DNA of 64,000 bases, from the NCBI GenBank assembly GCA_020891255.1, contig BQFW01000012.1, positions 1,364,001-1,428,000 of the forward strand, written 5' to 3'. Within the stretch, counting starts at the first letter, position 1, and each line of letters begins with the position of its first letter. Origin of the DNA: Entomortierella parvispora E1425 (taxonomy: Eukaryota; Fungi; Mortierellomycota). Of the stretch, positions 12,038 to 24,654 are shown piece by piece. The position numbers and the translations under genes are program-made. The notes under the pieces are model-generated. The model was not told where the DNA came from and searched no databases. It saw nothing but the letters and a program-made list of their open reading frames with translations.

Positions 12038-14686
12038 TCATCGTTTTTGTGAATAGCCTCCAGAATACATGGGCTTGTTTCCAGCCGACTCTTTGGCCGG
12101 GCTGGGGGCTGAGCTTGCCGGGGCACTATCAGGGTTGCCACGGGGGAATGCATTCCGGTCCGCAAACGAGGGCCTTGTTGACGACTTTTTGGGGGGATCT
12201 GGTAATGAAGGGTGGAGTTTTTGTTGAGAGGGGGAAGAGGTCGATGGACCTGGAGTCGAGTTGGAAGATGAGGATGCTGTTGCCGCTGCCCGAAGAAAGG
12301 AAATGGGTGGTGGAGAAGCAGATCCAATCCTGACGGGGCTGTCTCTGGATCCGCTGCCCTCCGCTCGCTGATTTGAAGACTTTGATGAGCGATTCTCTGC
12401 ACGCTTGGAAGACTGAGAATCTCGCGAAGTCAGCAAATCATCTTCGTATTTCCGATCCTCACGACGACTGTAGTCCCTGCTGCTCCCTTCGGCGTCCCTG
12501 TCCTTGTACCGCGACTCGCGGTCACTCCTGGAATTCCGACTGGAATTTCGATCCCGATCCCTATCTCTATGGCGGTCCCGCTCTCGTTCCCGGGTATCAT
12601 GACCACGACGGTCTCTGTCTCGATGATCCCTACGGCCATCTCGATCACGATAATGGTCGCGATCGCGGTCTCGGTAATGGTCACGATCACGATCACGGTC
12701 ACGATCTGTACTATAGCGATCTCTTATTGATGAGGAGGTTGGGCGATGACGGGATGATGATAATGAGATTCCAGGAGCATCCCGTGTGTTTCCTGATTGA
12801 CCGCCCACAGCAGCTATGTTGAAGGCTGACCCGGCGCGAGCATATGTTGGTCGCAGCATGTTGCAATCCTAATTTAAAAAAAAAGGATAATACGGGAACG
12901 AATGAGTCCAAACATGTCACAATAATAAAAAAAAAACAGCACGATTGCTCATGACTTCCCAAGTCCCGTGAGCCTTACATCGCCAAAGTGTCCGAGCGCC
13001 GCGCAGTTGTAACAATAGGCCACAACGGGTTGCAATGGTGCATTCGATTTCATAATGTAACTGCGCCACACCGTGGGGCAATCCTGCAAGTGAAAAGAGT
13101 GATCCATGACAACGGATATTAGCACAAGGTGATTCTTCAACATCATATGCCAAGTATCAATTGGATCTGTGTTCCAACTCCTACCTCAGTAGCATGGGCA
13201 CGAGATCCACATTTGCGGCAGTCCGTATACTGGCCATAGCCTCTTGGCATTGGGCATTTCTGAAAGAAAAAAAGGAATAGAGATAAGTCAGGACCATTCT
13301 GCAGGCGACACACTGAAATACAACAATAGTCTACCAACCTCTGAAATGTGTCCCTTTTTGTTGCAGTTGTAACAAATGGAGTTTGGACAATCTCTTGCTA
13401 CGTGGTCATCCTTTGCACCGCAGATATAGCACTATTACAGGCAAAGTAAAATGTCAGACAATTCCTCCGCGATGGGTCAAACGAAATACAGGGCCACAAG
13501 TCGAGAAGGCGATTCATACCACTGTTACTGTGCACTCCCGTCCAATATGGCCAACTTCGCCGCACTTGTGGCACTTTCTACCCGCCTCTTTCTCCATGTA
13601 ATAACGGTTTCGTCCCTACGAAAAAAAAAAAAAAAAAATGACAAAAGAAAAGTTAGGACGTCTGATTTGCACTAATCGATCCATGATCATCTTCTTTCTA
13701 GTACCTTAAAGTCCTCATTGTCCAGATGACCCAACTCTGTATCCAGATCATAATTATTGTCTGTTCCGTCCACATTTTCAGTCGAGGTCCCAAGGTCCAA
13801 CACATGCTCGTCCAGAGCCTGATCACTGTTCTCCATTTCGGAATCACCAACACTGGTCACCTCGTCTTCCTCGTCTCCAACGCCCGAGTCCCGCTCTTCT
13901 GATACGCTGCTAATAGACATGTCACTGTCCGAGTCTTCTGGGCCAGCTGTCCTTGGTGCTGCAACTTGATCGTTCCACGATGACGCTTTTTTGCTACTGC
14001 CATCCTTCTTTTCTACGCTGTACCGGGATTCCTCGTCCTCGTCGTCCATCCCCTCTTCTTCATCATCACCGCGCTTGCGTTTCGTTATTGACTGTGAAGC
14101 GGTGACTGGATTTGAACTGCTACTCGCGATCCCCTGATCCATATGATCATCCAGCTCTGTTCCTTGATTCACTGCTTTAAAATAGTCATCAGCTCCCGAG
14201 AGAGCAAGGTGTCCATTCTTTGGAGTGGATACAGCACTGCTCACGTTCGTCTGTATTTTGTGCAAAGTAGCGTTCTGGTCAATGTCTAGTTGTCTTTTTT
14301 TTTCCGATCCGCTCTATGAGGCAGTATATCAAAAAGAGAGAGCGTTTTTTGTTTTCCCTTACCGACTCTGGTGCCGAGGTCTTTGTATTTGAACCAATCT
14401 TCTTGTATACGTTGCTAGAGTAGTGAATGTGTCCTAACAATGTATCCTCAAGCTCACTGTCGACCTCATCCTCATTGCTAGAACATAGAATATGAATATG
14501 AATATGATTCGAGTTTAGTCAAAGAGGGTCCTAAAAACGCGACCGTGTCTCCGATGGAGAGAGGGGCATAACGACATGACATTGAAAAAGGAACCGAATC
14601 GACATGCTGTACCTGTCTTCACTAGGGTCCTTGTACAGCTCGTCCTCCTCCTGCTGGTACCGGTCATAGTCGTCGTCATAATCCAT
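12038..14686 (-). CDS. AIR2: Air1/Air2 (ZCCHC7)-like multi-zinc-knuckle TRAMP subunit with a long RD/RS-rich C-terminus
   Basis: Spliced exons give MDYDDDYDRY..., an acidic region, CCHC knuckles (CHKCGEVGHIGREC, CYICGAKDDHVARDC, CYNCNKKGH, CRKCGSRAH, CYNCAALGHFGD) and the Air-type CPTVWRSY linker. Last-exon boundary approximate. Confidence 0.8.
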
Positions 14687-15194
14687 GATGCTGGAATAGT
14701 CAAAAAAGAGCTGGCCACTAATCAAGAAGGCAATGCCATTGCCATTCAACAAAAAAAAAAAGAAAGGCCCTCTCAACGCTGGGTGGCTTGGAATCAAGAA
14801 AGCAGTCATAACATCTTTCAAGTCTTCAAAAATGGGCCCCCAGGAGCTGCTCCAGGGACTTTCTTTATTTCTTCATGACAGCTATTCTAGGAGACTTCTT
14901 AATCGAGCAACAAGTGGACCACATTGCGAATAAAGAGAGCGTGTGGGTGCGAAATGCAGCCATGCCATATCCGAAAGAGGCGCAACTTCACTCCACCACC
15001 CTTTCATTGTAACATTTTGTAGCAAGTTCACCGCAGCTGAACAGTCCACAAGCAAGATGCTGCGTGTGTAGCTCACTAGGCTCTCCAGCCGCCTGCAGCC
15101 AACCCCTGGCTCTTTGTTTTTTTTTTTTTTTTTGCAAATGGCAAGAGTTGTATGAAAAAATACTAAGAGTATCTCCGTCCGCAGGCAACAACCA

Positions 15195-16731
15195 CTATGA
15201 ACGAAGTGAACCAGACGCTATTCTCTTGCTTGATGGGGTGTCAGACGAAGGACTGCCGTAGGTGCTCCTGCTCACAATCTCACCCTTCATCAACTCGAAC
15301 AAGGCAAGAACATAGCTGTAAACTTTCTCACAGTCTTTTTCCACGTCTTCCTGCTTGCCCTGCTTCAAGTCAAGGAAAACCGGGGATGTCCTTCATTCGA
15401 AACGCCAAATTATCGCACTCGTCCAATGTACATTCCACAAGCGTCCATCTGAACGAGTCCGTTACAATCCCAAACGACTTGAAGCGAGCTGGTGGTATCA
15501 CCCTGCCATCCTCATTCACTTCATCCATCCGTTTTCGTTTCTTGTTTTGCACAGCCACATCGAGTACTGCCATATTTTGAGCAACGCTTTGCTCATGGTC
15601 GACCCCCTTCTTCATTTCCGTAACGCCTAGAACTTGCGACTGATATATTCGGTCGACAACAGCAAAGTCAACGGCCCCATGACCACTCATACCGATCATG
15701 GGCCGTTGTTGTGCCAGGAACATATCGGAAGAGTAGGATTGTACGGCTCCAACCATGAAAGTATCGACCACCGATGACTTTGTTGCTTCGCTTGCACCCG
15801 GACCAAGCAGGTACGCTTTGTTCTTGAAAACACAGTCCTCAATGATGTCCTTGGCTATTCTCAAACAAGAGCGGAGCACGTCATCGTTGGCAATCAAAGC
15901 AGGTTTTGCACTCCCAGGTTGATACAAATAAATCTGCACGTAGTCAACTCCTTAAAATGAGGCCGAAGGAGTTGTCGCAGTTCCTCAAGCGTTGCCGTCA
16001 TTGTGTCAGCTACGTATTGGCAAAGTTTCTTGTCTCTAAATCGGTTGTCGACGACTGACATTGCTACCAAAAAAAAACCCCCCCAAAAAAAAAGCTTGCT
16101 GATTAAGAACTTCGTAATTCAGCTCGCCGGGACTATTCTTGCTTACAAATGGAAGTGCTTCTAAGGTCCACGTTGATCTGCTCCATCTCGGACAACTGTT
16201 TGCGCAATACAGCGACCTCGGGATGAAGGTCGAGGTTTGTGGCGTGCTTGTGGGCTAGTATTTTAGACACCGTTGATTAGTAGGCGCGCAAGGACCACGG
16301 GCGCCAGAAGGCAGAGTAGCTCTCTAAGAAAAACTTCTGGGCACCCGCGCAGTAAGAAAGGGGTTGCCAATAAGAGCGCGTTTAGAACTTCGTTGAGAAC
16401 ATATCTTCGGGCCGTGCCACAACAATATACGCGCTTTCATCAGGATCCTCTGGGAAGATCTCGGAAAGCCTTGTCCTTGGGTCATCAAGCTCCGTCTTAT
16501 TCTCCAGAGCACCGATCGTGATTTTGCGCTTTTTGTCTGCAGTTTCGTCAGTGGGTATTGTGGCTCGCCAGAGTACCAAGTCGTTGGTGTCAATGTGTTC
16601 GAATGCGTTTGTTTTCTTCGCCGTGATTGCATCCTTAAGGGTGCCGACTGTATCGCCATCTGACGCATGAGAGGGAAGGCGGATGATATGGAGTCGCCGC
16701 TGATGAGACAGAAGAGAGTGAACGTCGGCAT
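15195..16731 (-). pseudogene. Crinkler (CRN) family gene: N-terminal ubiquitin-like header plus PD-(D/E)xK nuclease-like C-terminus; disabled
   Basis: Header MPTFTLFCLISGDSISSAFPL...TVGTLKDAI...DLVLWRA...YIVVARP; C-terminus VDFAVVD...LGVTEMKK...QSVAQN. Three frameshifts (~16668, ~15946, ~15383) and a phase-compatible donor reading ATATGT instead of GTATGT (16404-16399). Confidence 0.85.
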
Positions 16732-17251
16732 GTTCACGGCCATGGTCGTTGTGGAAATGGAGAAAAATGGAGTGATGGGGAGCCATTGGATGGATGGAGA
16801 CGTGTCCAATATGCCCGTCACACAACGTGAAAGAGGCTGATTTTCGCGTCGGCCCTGATGTTATTGCTCTAGCCAAGCCATTTGTACGATTCCCCCTCGA
16901 GAGCCTCGAAAAGCTGTCCTGTCGAGCCTGCCAACGCACGTTGTGGATGCTGTCCAGAGAAAATTTGGACAGACGCCACAGGCAGCACAATTCTTCGAGA
17001 TGCAGTGTGTCGCCGGGCCACAATTTTCAGGCTGCAGCGCAAGGCGCCAGGCCAGTGCGCGGTGAGTAGCCACGCGCACGAGCACGAGAAAAACGCGTAT
17101 TTGCGGCTGGCAAGATCAGACCCCCATTGATGATGTTTGTAGTGATATGATATTGAGACGAATTCAAGTATTACTTGAAGGGGGAGGGTAGAACTTCACT
17201 TCTCTAGGCGATCGACATTTCTTTTTCATTTACTTTCTCTCTCTCTCGCTT

Positions 17252-19594
17252 CTAAGCCTGGACCTCGGCCTCCTTGGCCTCCTCAACAGTCTTCTCCTTC
17301 TTGTCGCCAGCAACCTCCTTCTTGCTCTCCTTCTCCTTGCGGGCCTTCTCGGCGGCCTCCTTCTTCTGCTGCTGCTCCTGCTTCAACTTCTCCTCGACGC
17401 GGCGGATGGCCTCATCGTTGTCAATGGGTCTGGCAGCTCCGAAGGGGCTGGCCTTGGTAGCAGCGGGCTCGGCAGCGCCGGCAGCGGGGGCATCAGAGCT
17501 GCGGGGCTTGAGCTCCAACTTTCTACGGGTAACAGGGGCTATAAAATAGTACAATAAAAGCGATTTAGATTCTTGAACTCTTGCATCTCGCGACGCCTCC
17601 ATGGATCGTTCTCGGCATAAACATCATAAATCAACATCTTTTGTCTTACCTGGGGGAGCACGGCTGGTGAAAGCTCCGCCGCTCCAGGAGGTATCCCTGT
17701 GCTCGCGCTCTCTGGGCTTCTCCCATCCAGGGCGAGCGGAGGTCTCGGCAGCGGGGAGAGGGGTCTCGCGTCTCCAGGTGTTGACATCAGTGCGGTCTGG
17801 GGGACGCTCCGAGTTGTTGAAGCGGGATCCAAACTCACGAGGCGCACCACGGTCGATGCTGCGCTCGAAGCGATCGTTGCTGCTGCTACCACCGAAGCGG
17901 TTACCGGCTGGGGGCACGGGGGCCTCACGGCGCCACTCTCCAGCACTGCGGTCCTCACGAACCTCACGCTCACGAGCTATACAAAAAAAAATTAGAAGAA
18001 ACAAGGGTTAAATAAAATAAATTGAAAAAAAGAGGCTACAAACCTCTCTGTGTCCAGAATGTTGGATCCGGTAAAAGTTCAGGAACCGTGGACTCAGAGT
18101 ACTTACGAGGCTCGGCAACACTGACACGGACGTTACGTCCGCAGAGGCTCTGGCCGTTGTTCTCCAAAGCCTTCTTCAAAGAGTCCAAGCTGTCAAACTC
18201 GACATATCCGAAACCCTTGGGCTTGTCCTCAAAATCCTTCATGATACGGATGCTGTTGATCTATGAATATTTTTTGCCCGAAATGAAATGTCAATGACTG
18301 CTGGGAACTAGCAATTTGAGTCCATCCTTTGGACAAGAATAGAGCTCGCCCTGTTTTACGCGCCACCACATACCTTGGAAGCCGAGAAGAAATCCTCGAT
18401 ATCAGCCTCGGTGACATCAAAAGGCAAGTTGCCGAGATGGATGGTGTATGGGGGGCGGGTAGGGAGCTCAACGGGAGCGCGGGGAGTGAAGCGAGACTCT
18501 TCTCTGTCGCCAAATCCTAATGAATGAGAAAATAATCGTTCTCCATGTAAGCCAAGTCCCTCATGAATCTTTGCTAGTAAACGGAATATTCAAATAGGTT
18601 GAAGAACAGGAGTCCTGTCCCACAAGGCGATTTGCACACAACATACCACCACGGCTCTGGAAGCCTCCACGTCCACCATCGCCAAATCCACCGGAACGGA
18701 AGTTGTCTGGTCAATTGAATAAAATAAGAAAAGTAAAGCCGAATACAAGATCAGTGAATAGTCCGTGCGCAGTCCTGGCAGATCGAAAAAAAAGTTGATC
18801 TATGTTGCTGCTTCCAAATATGTCATGCTCCTGTCTGTACCTTGAGCACCGACAGCTAGTAATGAAAGAGATGATCCAGGGATAAGTCATGGCATCCCCC
18901 GAGGTATGTACGCGAAAAAAGTACACAGTGTACAAAAGACATATTGATTCGATCTAGCATGCACTTACCAGAAGGAGCGGAGGGAAGATCGTCCATCTCG
19001 TCAGCCCAGGATCCCGTGGCTATAGCGTGGTTCGTCCATATCGTTGTTGCAATTGTTGTCGTTGTTATTGTCATAGTGTTGTTTTTGATCGTGTCACATG
19101 TGGAAAGAGAGAGGGGGAAAGAGCAAGAAAGGAAGCTAGGTGAGTTTTTCTACTCTTGGCTTTGTAATGCCCCAAGGTGGATAATCAGTCCTCTGTTTCT
19201 GCTCACGCCTGTTGGAGTCTTTGGAGCAGGTCTGAATCAGTTGTTGCACGTACATTGATCCGCCAGGAAGTCGCTCAGGGCCATCTTGGTGCCCTTCTTC
19301 TTTTGCTTCTTTTGTCCTACTGCATTGACAAGGATGAGAGTAAGAGCAGAGGTTAGTCTTGGTTGCGATGGAAGACCATGGCCGCTGGGCGCTGTCGGAG
19401 CCTGGCCAGTTCAAGAAAACAAAGTCATGGGGGCGAGCAAGCTGTTTGGAGCAGTCTGCAAGAGAGCGAGAGGCAAGGAATGGGATTTAAAAAAAAAAGA
19501 GTCGAGCAGCGAGGATGGAAGGGAGACGAGCATGGAGGCGGGGAGTGCAAAGTGAGTAGTTGCTGCGATGAGGATGAGCCGCACCTTCAGTCAT
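17252..19594 (-). CDS. TIF3: Translation initiation factor eIF4B
   Basis: KKKGTKMALSDFLADQ and SWADEMDDLP N-terminal motifs, RRM (PYTIHLGNLPFDVTE...KPKGFGYVEF), R/E/G-rich repeats and the TRRKLELKPRS...SPFGAARPID motif. First exon (MTE) inferred. Confidence 0.88.
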
Positions 19595-19982
19595 GATGTG
19601 TTGGATGGGGTGATGACAAAAGGAAAGAAACCCAATCTGACCTTAAAGGGAATCGCTCGCTGGGGGCGAAAATCCTCTCACTTTGCCTCGCTTTGCTCTG
19701 CTCTCAGCCTTGCTGCCTTCGCAGGAAGGCTTCCTTTGCGTGCGCTGGCAGTGTGCACGCGCGAAGAGGGAAAAAAAAAAGAAAATGCGGTGACTGCTGT
19801 AAACAAGTGTATTACTATGTGGCTGCACTTTGGGAGCACTAATTTCGTCACCGCAACCTTCTAGGTCGTATCTGCAACGCCGCGACATGATCGCCCGTCC
19901 GTGTTTGAACATTGACATTGATCCCATAGAGAGCTTGTCGCCCTAGCAACGATCCAGCACTGCTGTATCAGCTGAAAGAGAT

Positions 19983-20990
19983 TCAAGGCTCCCGAGGTTT
20001 GGAGCCGCGTGCACATGGGGTGTTAGGAACTGAAGGGGTAAACCGCAAGCGGACAAAGATGTCAAGGGCTGGGTTGAAGTGACCCTTTGATACCTCTCTA
20101 CCATTGGCAGACAGGTAATTCATGTAGGCCTTCACCATAGCATTAGCATCAGCAAACTGCTCTGTGACGATCACGAAAGTAAATGGTCATTAATTACGAG
20201 AATCAAGATAGGGAGCACTCCATGTAAATTTTTTTTTTCTCTCTTTACCATTCTTTTCCAGCGACTGCAGGATCTCCAAATTTGACATGATGCAAAGGAC
20301 GTTTTTTGTGTAGTCGTTAAGGCAGGTGACAGCAAGAGAAGTGAGACCGACCCTGGAGAGACCCAAATGCTGCAAGACCTTTGGGACATGGTAGACAAGG
20401 TAGTGATCATCTTGGGGTCGCCAGATTGTATTGATGTTGGCGTAAGCGAACGCATCACTGTCTCGGGTGATTACAATATCCTCCTTTCCACAAGCACCAC
20501 CGATTGCTATATCTGCTTCTGAAGGACAAAGAATCGCACCCCAGCCTTGGCCTGCCAGGTGGCGGGAAATGGATTCACTCCTTTCCTGGAAGGGATACCG
20601 CCCGTGTGGATCCTTATTGCAGGTAGTATGTTCAGGCTTGTCAACTTTTCGAGATGTATGGAGAAGAGCAGCAACATTGGAAAGTGCTTTGAAGTCTCCC
20701 TTCTTGCGCAACTCTCGTGCGAGTATCTTTTCTGCAGGGGGCGGACCATCGATGTAGATTGCCGTACTGTCTTTGCGAAAGCCACGCTGAACCAGATGAG
20801 ATTCTATGATCTCGTTTGCAATACTAAGTTTTGCGTTGCGGTACGCGTCAAAAACTTCAGGGTATAGAGTCCCTAGGAAGTCTACATGGTACAAATGACC
20901 CCGCGGTAGAAGTTTTCCCGGTGGGACATGAACCGTAGTTTTTGGAAACTTTGTCTTTTGAAGAATCTTCCAGAATCCTATAATGCCCAT
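19983..20990 (-). CDS. XPG/FEN1-type PIN-domain 5' nuclease-like protein (~306 aa), probably mobile-element-derived and possibly truncated
   Basis: Exons 20990-20249 and 20161-19983 (87-nt GT/AG intron, phase 1). Motifs MGIIGFW, HVDFLG, YIDGPPPAEK, SEADIAI, RDSD and a helix-turn-helix-like LGLSR...NDY match the acidic active-site pattern of the XPG/FEN1 superfamily. Confidence 0.75.
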
Positions 20991-23125
20991 GGTGACACGA
21001 TTGAATATGGGGTAGGGATAATGGAGACGTAGATGATAGTTAGAGATAATTGCAGGTTGGAGAGATATGTACAGTTTTAGAGTGTATGCATTGCGGTCAA
21101 GTAGGGGCAAAGAAAAGAGAGTAATGGTGACCTCCAAGAGGGCAGCAGCAAGACAAAGAGAGAAAGGTGTATGCTGTCCAATACCACAGTGGCCCCGAGA
21201 CTAAGTCGCGTGTAATCTGCCATACTGTAGATTTTTCACCATGTGGCAGACGCGTTTTGATCTAACTCTGTGGAGGGCGGAGCATCAGACTTTTATTGCT
21301 TTGTTGATGTGTATCTACCGAGCTCGTTGCTGTTTACCTCCCTCATCTTACTATTCCCACGGGAACCAATGGCTGTCTTTGTTTTCTCCAACAGTCCAAC
21401 GGTGGGAGAGTTGAGTTGGGCGAAACAACAGGGCCGAGAGCCCTGTGTAAAACGAGATGGTGGATGCAGCCAAAACGCAAACGAAGACAAAGCTATCCCC
21501 AAAGAGATAAAAGCAAATCAAAAGAGTTGAGCCCCTCCGGGCTAGAGTCTCGTTGGGTTTCTTCCCCAGCAGAGCAAGGCGTGAGCCCTATCCACAGCAT
21601 CACCATTTCTTTCCGATTGTTTGGCCTGTACCAAGTTCCATGTCAAGAGATAAAAGCAAGAAGCACCTCGTTCACTCTTCGGTATCATCCCTGCCCCGAC
21701 TGGATCAGGGAGCGTCTTCCGACATTTTGCTCCAGCGCCAGAAAGTCAGGTCCCCGAAAATGGGCACGATTCATTTTATGCACGATGGCAATAGGGTTAA
21801 TTGTCAAAAATACCATTGACAATCAGAGCACTCGCTAGCCTTTGTTCCTGAAGTATTATTGAATGGCTGGTGCATTCATAGCCAAAAAAAAAAAAAAAAA
21901 AAAAAATGATCCAGGCTGTTCTGTTGATGTCAAACATGGTCAGTGGATGAATACAATCAAGCCCATCATCCTCCCCCATGATACGCTCAACGTCGTCATT
22001 CTTCCTGGGCAAAAAACAGTGTCTGTCGAGCAGATCTGGTCAGGCAAAGGGACAGAAGGGGCACTGCCCGGACCTCCCATGACAGTCCAATGACAAGCAC
22101 ACATGCACATACAAATCCACACGTTGAGACTGGTGAAGCAAAGAGAGGTGCCGACAGGAAACAAGTTGATCCTGTCAATGGCCAACAGAACAAAGGGAAA
22201 CGGAGGAAGGATCGCGAGCAGAGAAACAAGAGATTGGAGAGAGGCGTGAGCAATGATGAGCATCAGACTATTCATGAACAAGCAAGAGTACATGGCATGT
22301 TTTGTTCATGCACGGAGAGCAGGCTGGAAGGGAGGAAGAAGAAGAACAGGAAGTCGAGAGAATGAGGACAGCAGAGGCAAGGGGGCAACGGCGGGAGCGA
22401 GTGCATTGCCCCGAAAATAAATCAAAGGCCAAGGAAGCTGTGTGGATGCGATCGATGGCTTTTTTTTTCGTTATCTTTTTCCTTTCCCGTGGCCACTTTT
22501 CATTTTTTTTTTCTCTCTTTTTTTTCTTTGTACTTCCTCCTCATCTATCCTCATCTATCCTCATCCCATTCAACCTTCGCTACCCTCCTTCATTCAACCC
22601 TTCCTAACCCTTACCCGTCTCTAACGATTCCATCAGCCCCCACTACCACGCTGTAAGTGTGCGTGCGAGTGTGAATGAGCTTGAGTTGCTTTTGTCATCC
22701 ATTCCAGTTTGGGCCTGTCCGTGCGGTCATTGTTGCAAACAGAGCCAACCGTCATCCAGCACCAGACAGAAGAGGTGACGCGGGGAAGCATGGCAGTAGT
22801 GACAAAGGACAGGAGTGAGATGAGCTTTCTTTCATCCTTTCTTTTGTTCTCTTGCAGAAGGACAGAAGAACAGACGGACAGAAGGGCAGACAGACGGACG
22901 AGCGCGTTTCGAGGGTCAGGTTGTGCGTGTGCGTGTGTGTGTGTGGAAAGGTTATTTATAACATTCATTCATCCATTCAATTTGGCGACAATATGAAGCT
23001 GTCTTTTCAGGGCCAGACAGAGTCCTGGACCTGTCCAGTCCTTTCTTCCTGCCTTTCCTCTGATCAGCTTTCCTAATCTTTCTTTTTTACTTCATCATCT
23101 TCACCCTCATCTGTCATCCCTTAGA

Positions 23126-23998
23126 ATGTCCGCCCCTGCCCCCACCACCACCACCACCGTCACCGTCGACATCCTCCCCGGCCGTGTCGGCAACCTCTCG
23201 CCTGAGCAGCAGCATGCCCTGGATGAATTCAAGGAACTCATCAAGGCTGAGGGCATCTTTGTCCCCGAGCGCCATGACGACCATTACATCCTCCGCTTCT
23301 TGCGCGCCCGCAAATTCCACATTGCCAACACCCACAAGATGTTTGTCGACTGCGAGAACTGGAGAAAGGAGCTCAAGGTCGATGAGCTCATTGAGTCGTT
23401 CGTCTTTGAGGAGGAGGAGGCTGTTCGCAAGTGCTACCCTCGCTACTACCACAACATTGACAAGGCCGGTCGCCCCATTTACATTGAGCATGTTGGAGTG
23501 ATTGACATCAAGACTCTTTTCAAGGTCACGGACGAGGAGCGTATGACCAAGCAGCACGTTCTCTCGTACGAGCGTTTGATCCGCGATCGCATGCCCGCCT
23601 GCACCAAGCTTGCTGGCCGCCATATCGAGCAGTGCTGCACCATTCTCGACCTCAAGGGCGTCTCTCTCCGTCAGTTCGCCAATGCCTTTGGTTTCATCAA
23701 GCGCACTTCGGCTATTGCTCAGAACTATTACCCCGAGATGATGGGCAAGATGTATGTAATCAACGCCCCCATGATGTTCACCTCTGTCTGGGGTATGGTC
23801 AAGCCCTTGTTGGATGAGGTTACCGTCAAGAAGATTGTGATCTTGGGCAGCAACTACCAGTCGACACTTCTTCAGGACATTGAGGCCGATAACTTGCCCA
23901 AGGTCATTGGAGGCACCTGCGAGTGTGCCGGTCAAGGAGGATGCCAAGTTGGCGAGCCAGGACCATGGAAGGATCCCCGTTACATGAACGCTGCCTAA
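23126..23998 (+). CDS. SEC14: Sec14 phosphatidylinositol/phosphatidylcholine transfer protein (290 aa, intronless CDS)
   Basis: DDHYILRFLRARKF (CRAL-TRIO-N), YPRYYHNIDKAGRPIYIE, QNYYPEMMGKMYVINAP, LLDEVTVKKIVILG. Confidence 0.95.
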   Translation: MSAPAPTTTTTVTVDILPGRVGNLSPEQQHALDEFKELIKAEGIFVPERHDDHYILRFLRARKFHIANTHKMFVDCENWRKELKVDELIESFVFEEEEAVRKCYPRYYHNIDKAGRPIYIEHVGVIDIKTLFKVTDEERMTKQHVLSYERLIRDRMPACTKLAGRHIEQCCTILDLKGVSLRQFANAFGFIKRTSAIAQNYYPEMMGKMYVINAPMMFTSVWGMVKPLLDEVTVKKIVILGSNYQSTLLQDIEADNLPKVIGGTCECAGQGGCQVGEPGPWKDPRYMNAA

Positions 23999-24380
23999 GT
24001 CCAGACAGACATTTCTGAATCTGGACTAGTAGCCCTCTCTCTTTTCTTTGTCACAGAGCGTTTCTTTTGTTTTTTTTCTTTTACCCTTATCTCTCTCACG
24101 ACTATGACGACTTCTTTCGACGAAACCTGTGCAGACCCGTAGACAATGGCCAGGAACCTGACCAACACAGCATCCTATAACAATCTATTACTATCCCTGT
24201 TGGGTGTTGGCCATTGCACCTCCCTTCTCTTTTTTTTCCGTTTTTTTTTGCATGCCCTCCACCACCTCAGACACCCTCCCAGATAGACCAATCCAATACA
24301 AAACCAATTTCAAGCAAAGTCAGTGTGACGTTGCACAGGAACCCTTTGGGAAAGAGTAAAGGCGACGAAGGAAGGGCCAG

Positions 24381-24415
24381 AGTGCAGTGCAGTGCAGTGC
24401 AGTGCAATGCAGTGC
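24381..24415. repeat. Pentanucleotide repeat (AGTGC)n, near (GA)n at ~24615-24650
   Basis: Read directly from the sequence. Confidence 0.85.
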
Positions 24416-24610
24416 AGGTGCCCAGGAGCGGAGCATACGCAAAGCAGGCAGCAAAAGGCAGTCTGGGAACCAGTGAGCCACAGCGCGCGTGGCGTCGACA
24501 GATGCAGGCAGCGTGAGTGTGAGCCAAAGAAGAAATAACAAAACAAAGCACTTCAGGGCATTTTCTCGTGTGCCTGGAGCAGGAACGAAGGAGTGGGGGA
24601 GAGTGAAAGG

Positions 24611-24654
<44 letters not shown>

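Noticed and set aside
14733-15190. Short Cys-containing ORFs between AIR2 and the CRN 3' end
   Set aside because: Considered as a transposase or Zn-ribbon remnant, but no catalytic motif can be read in any frame.
16794-17069. 91-aa ORF with CPIC and CRAC pairs
   Set aside because: Lies antisense in the CRN upstream region. The spacing matches no finger I recognise and is likely chance.
21884-21906. Long A tracts (also ~30900-30923 and others) as possible retro-insertion tails
   Set aside because: A/T runs are common in introns and intergenic DNA throughout the window, and no target-site duplications were seen.
21270-22365. Cluster of short overlapping ORFs upstream of the PIN gene
   Set aside because: No recognisable motif and no consistent splice model. 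Could be degraded element DNA but cannot be supported.
23114-23947. 277-aa minus-strand ORF opposite SEC14
   Set aside because: Antisense ORF expected from strong codon bias in SEC14.
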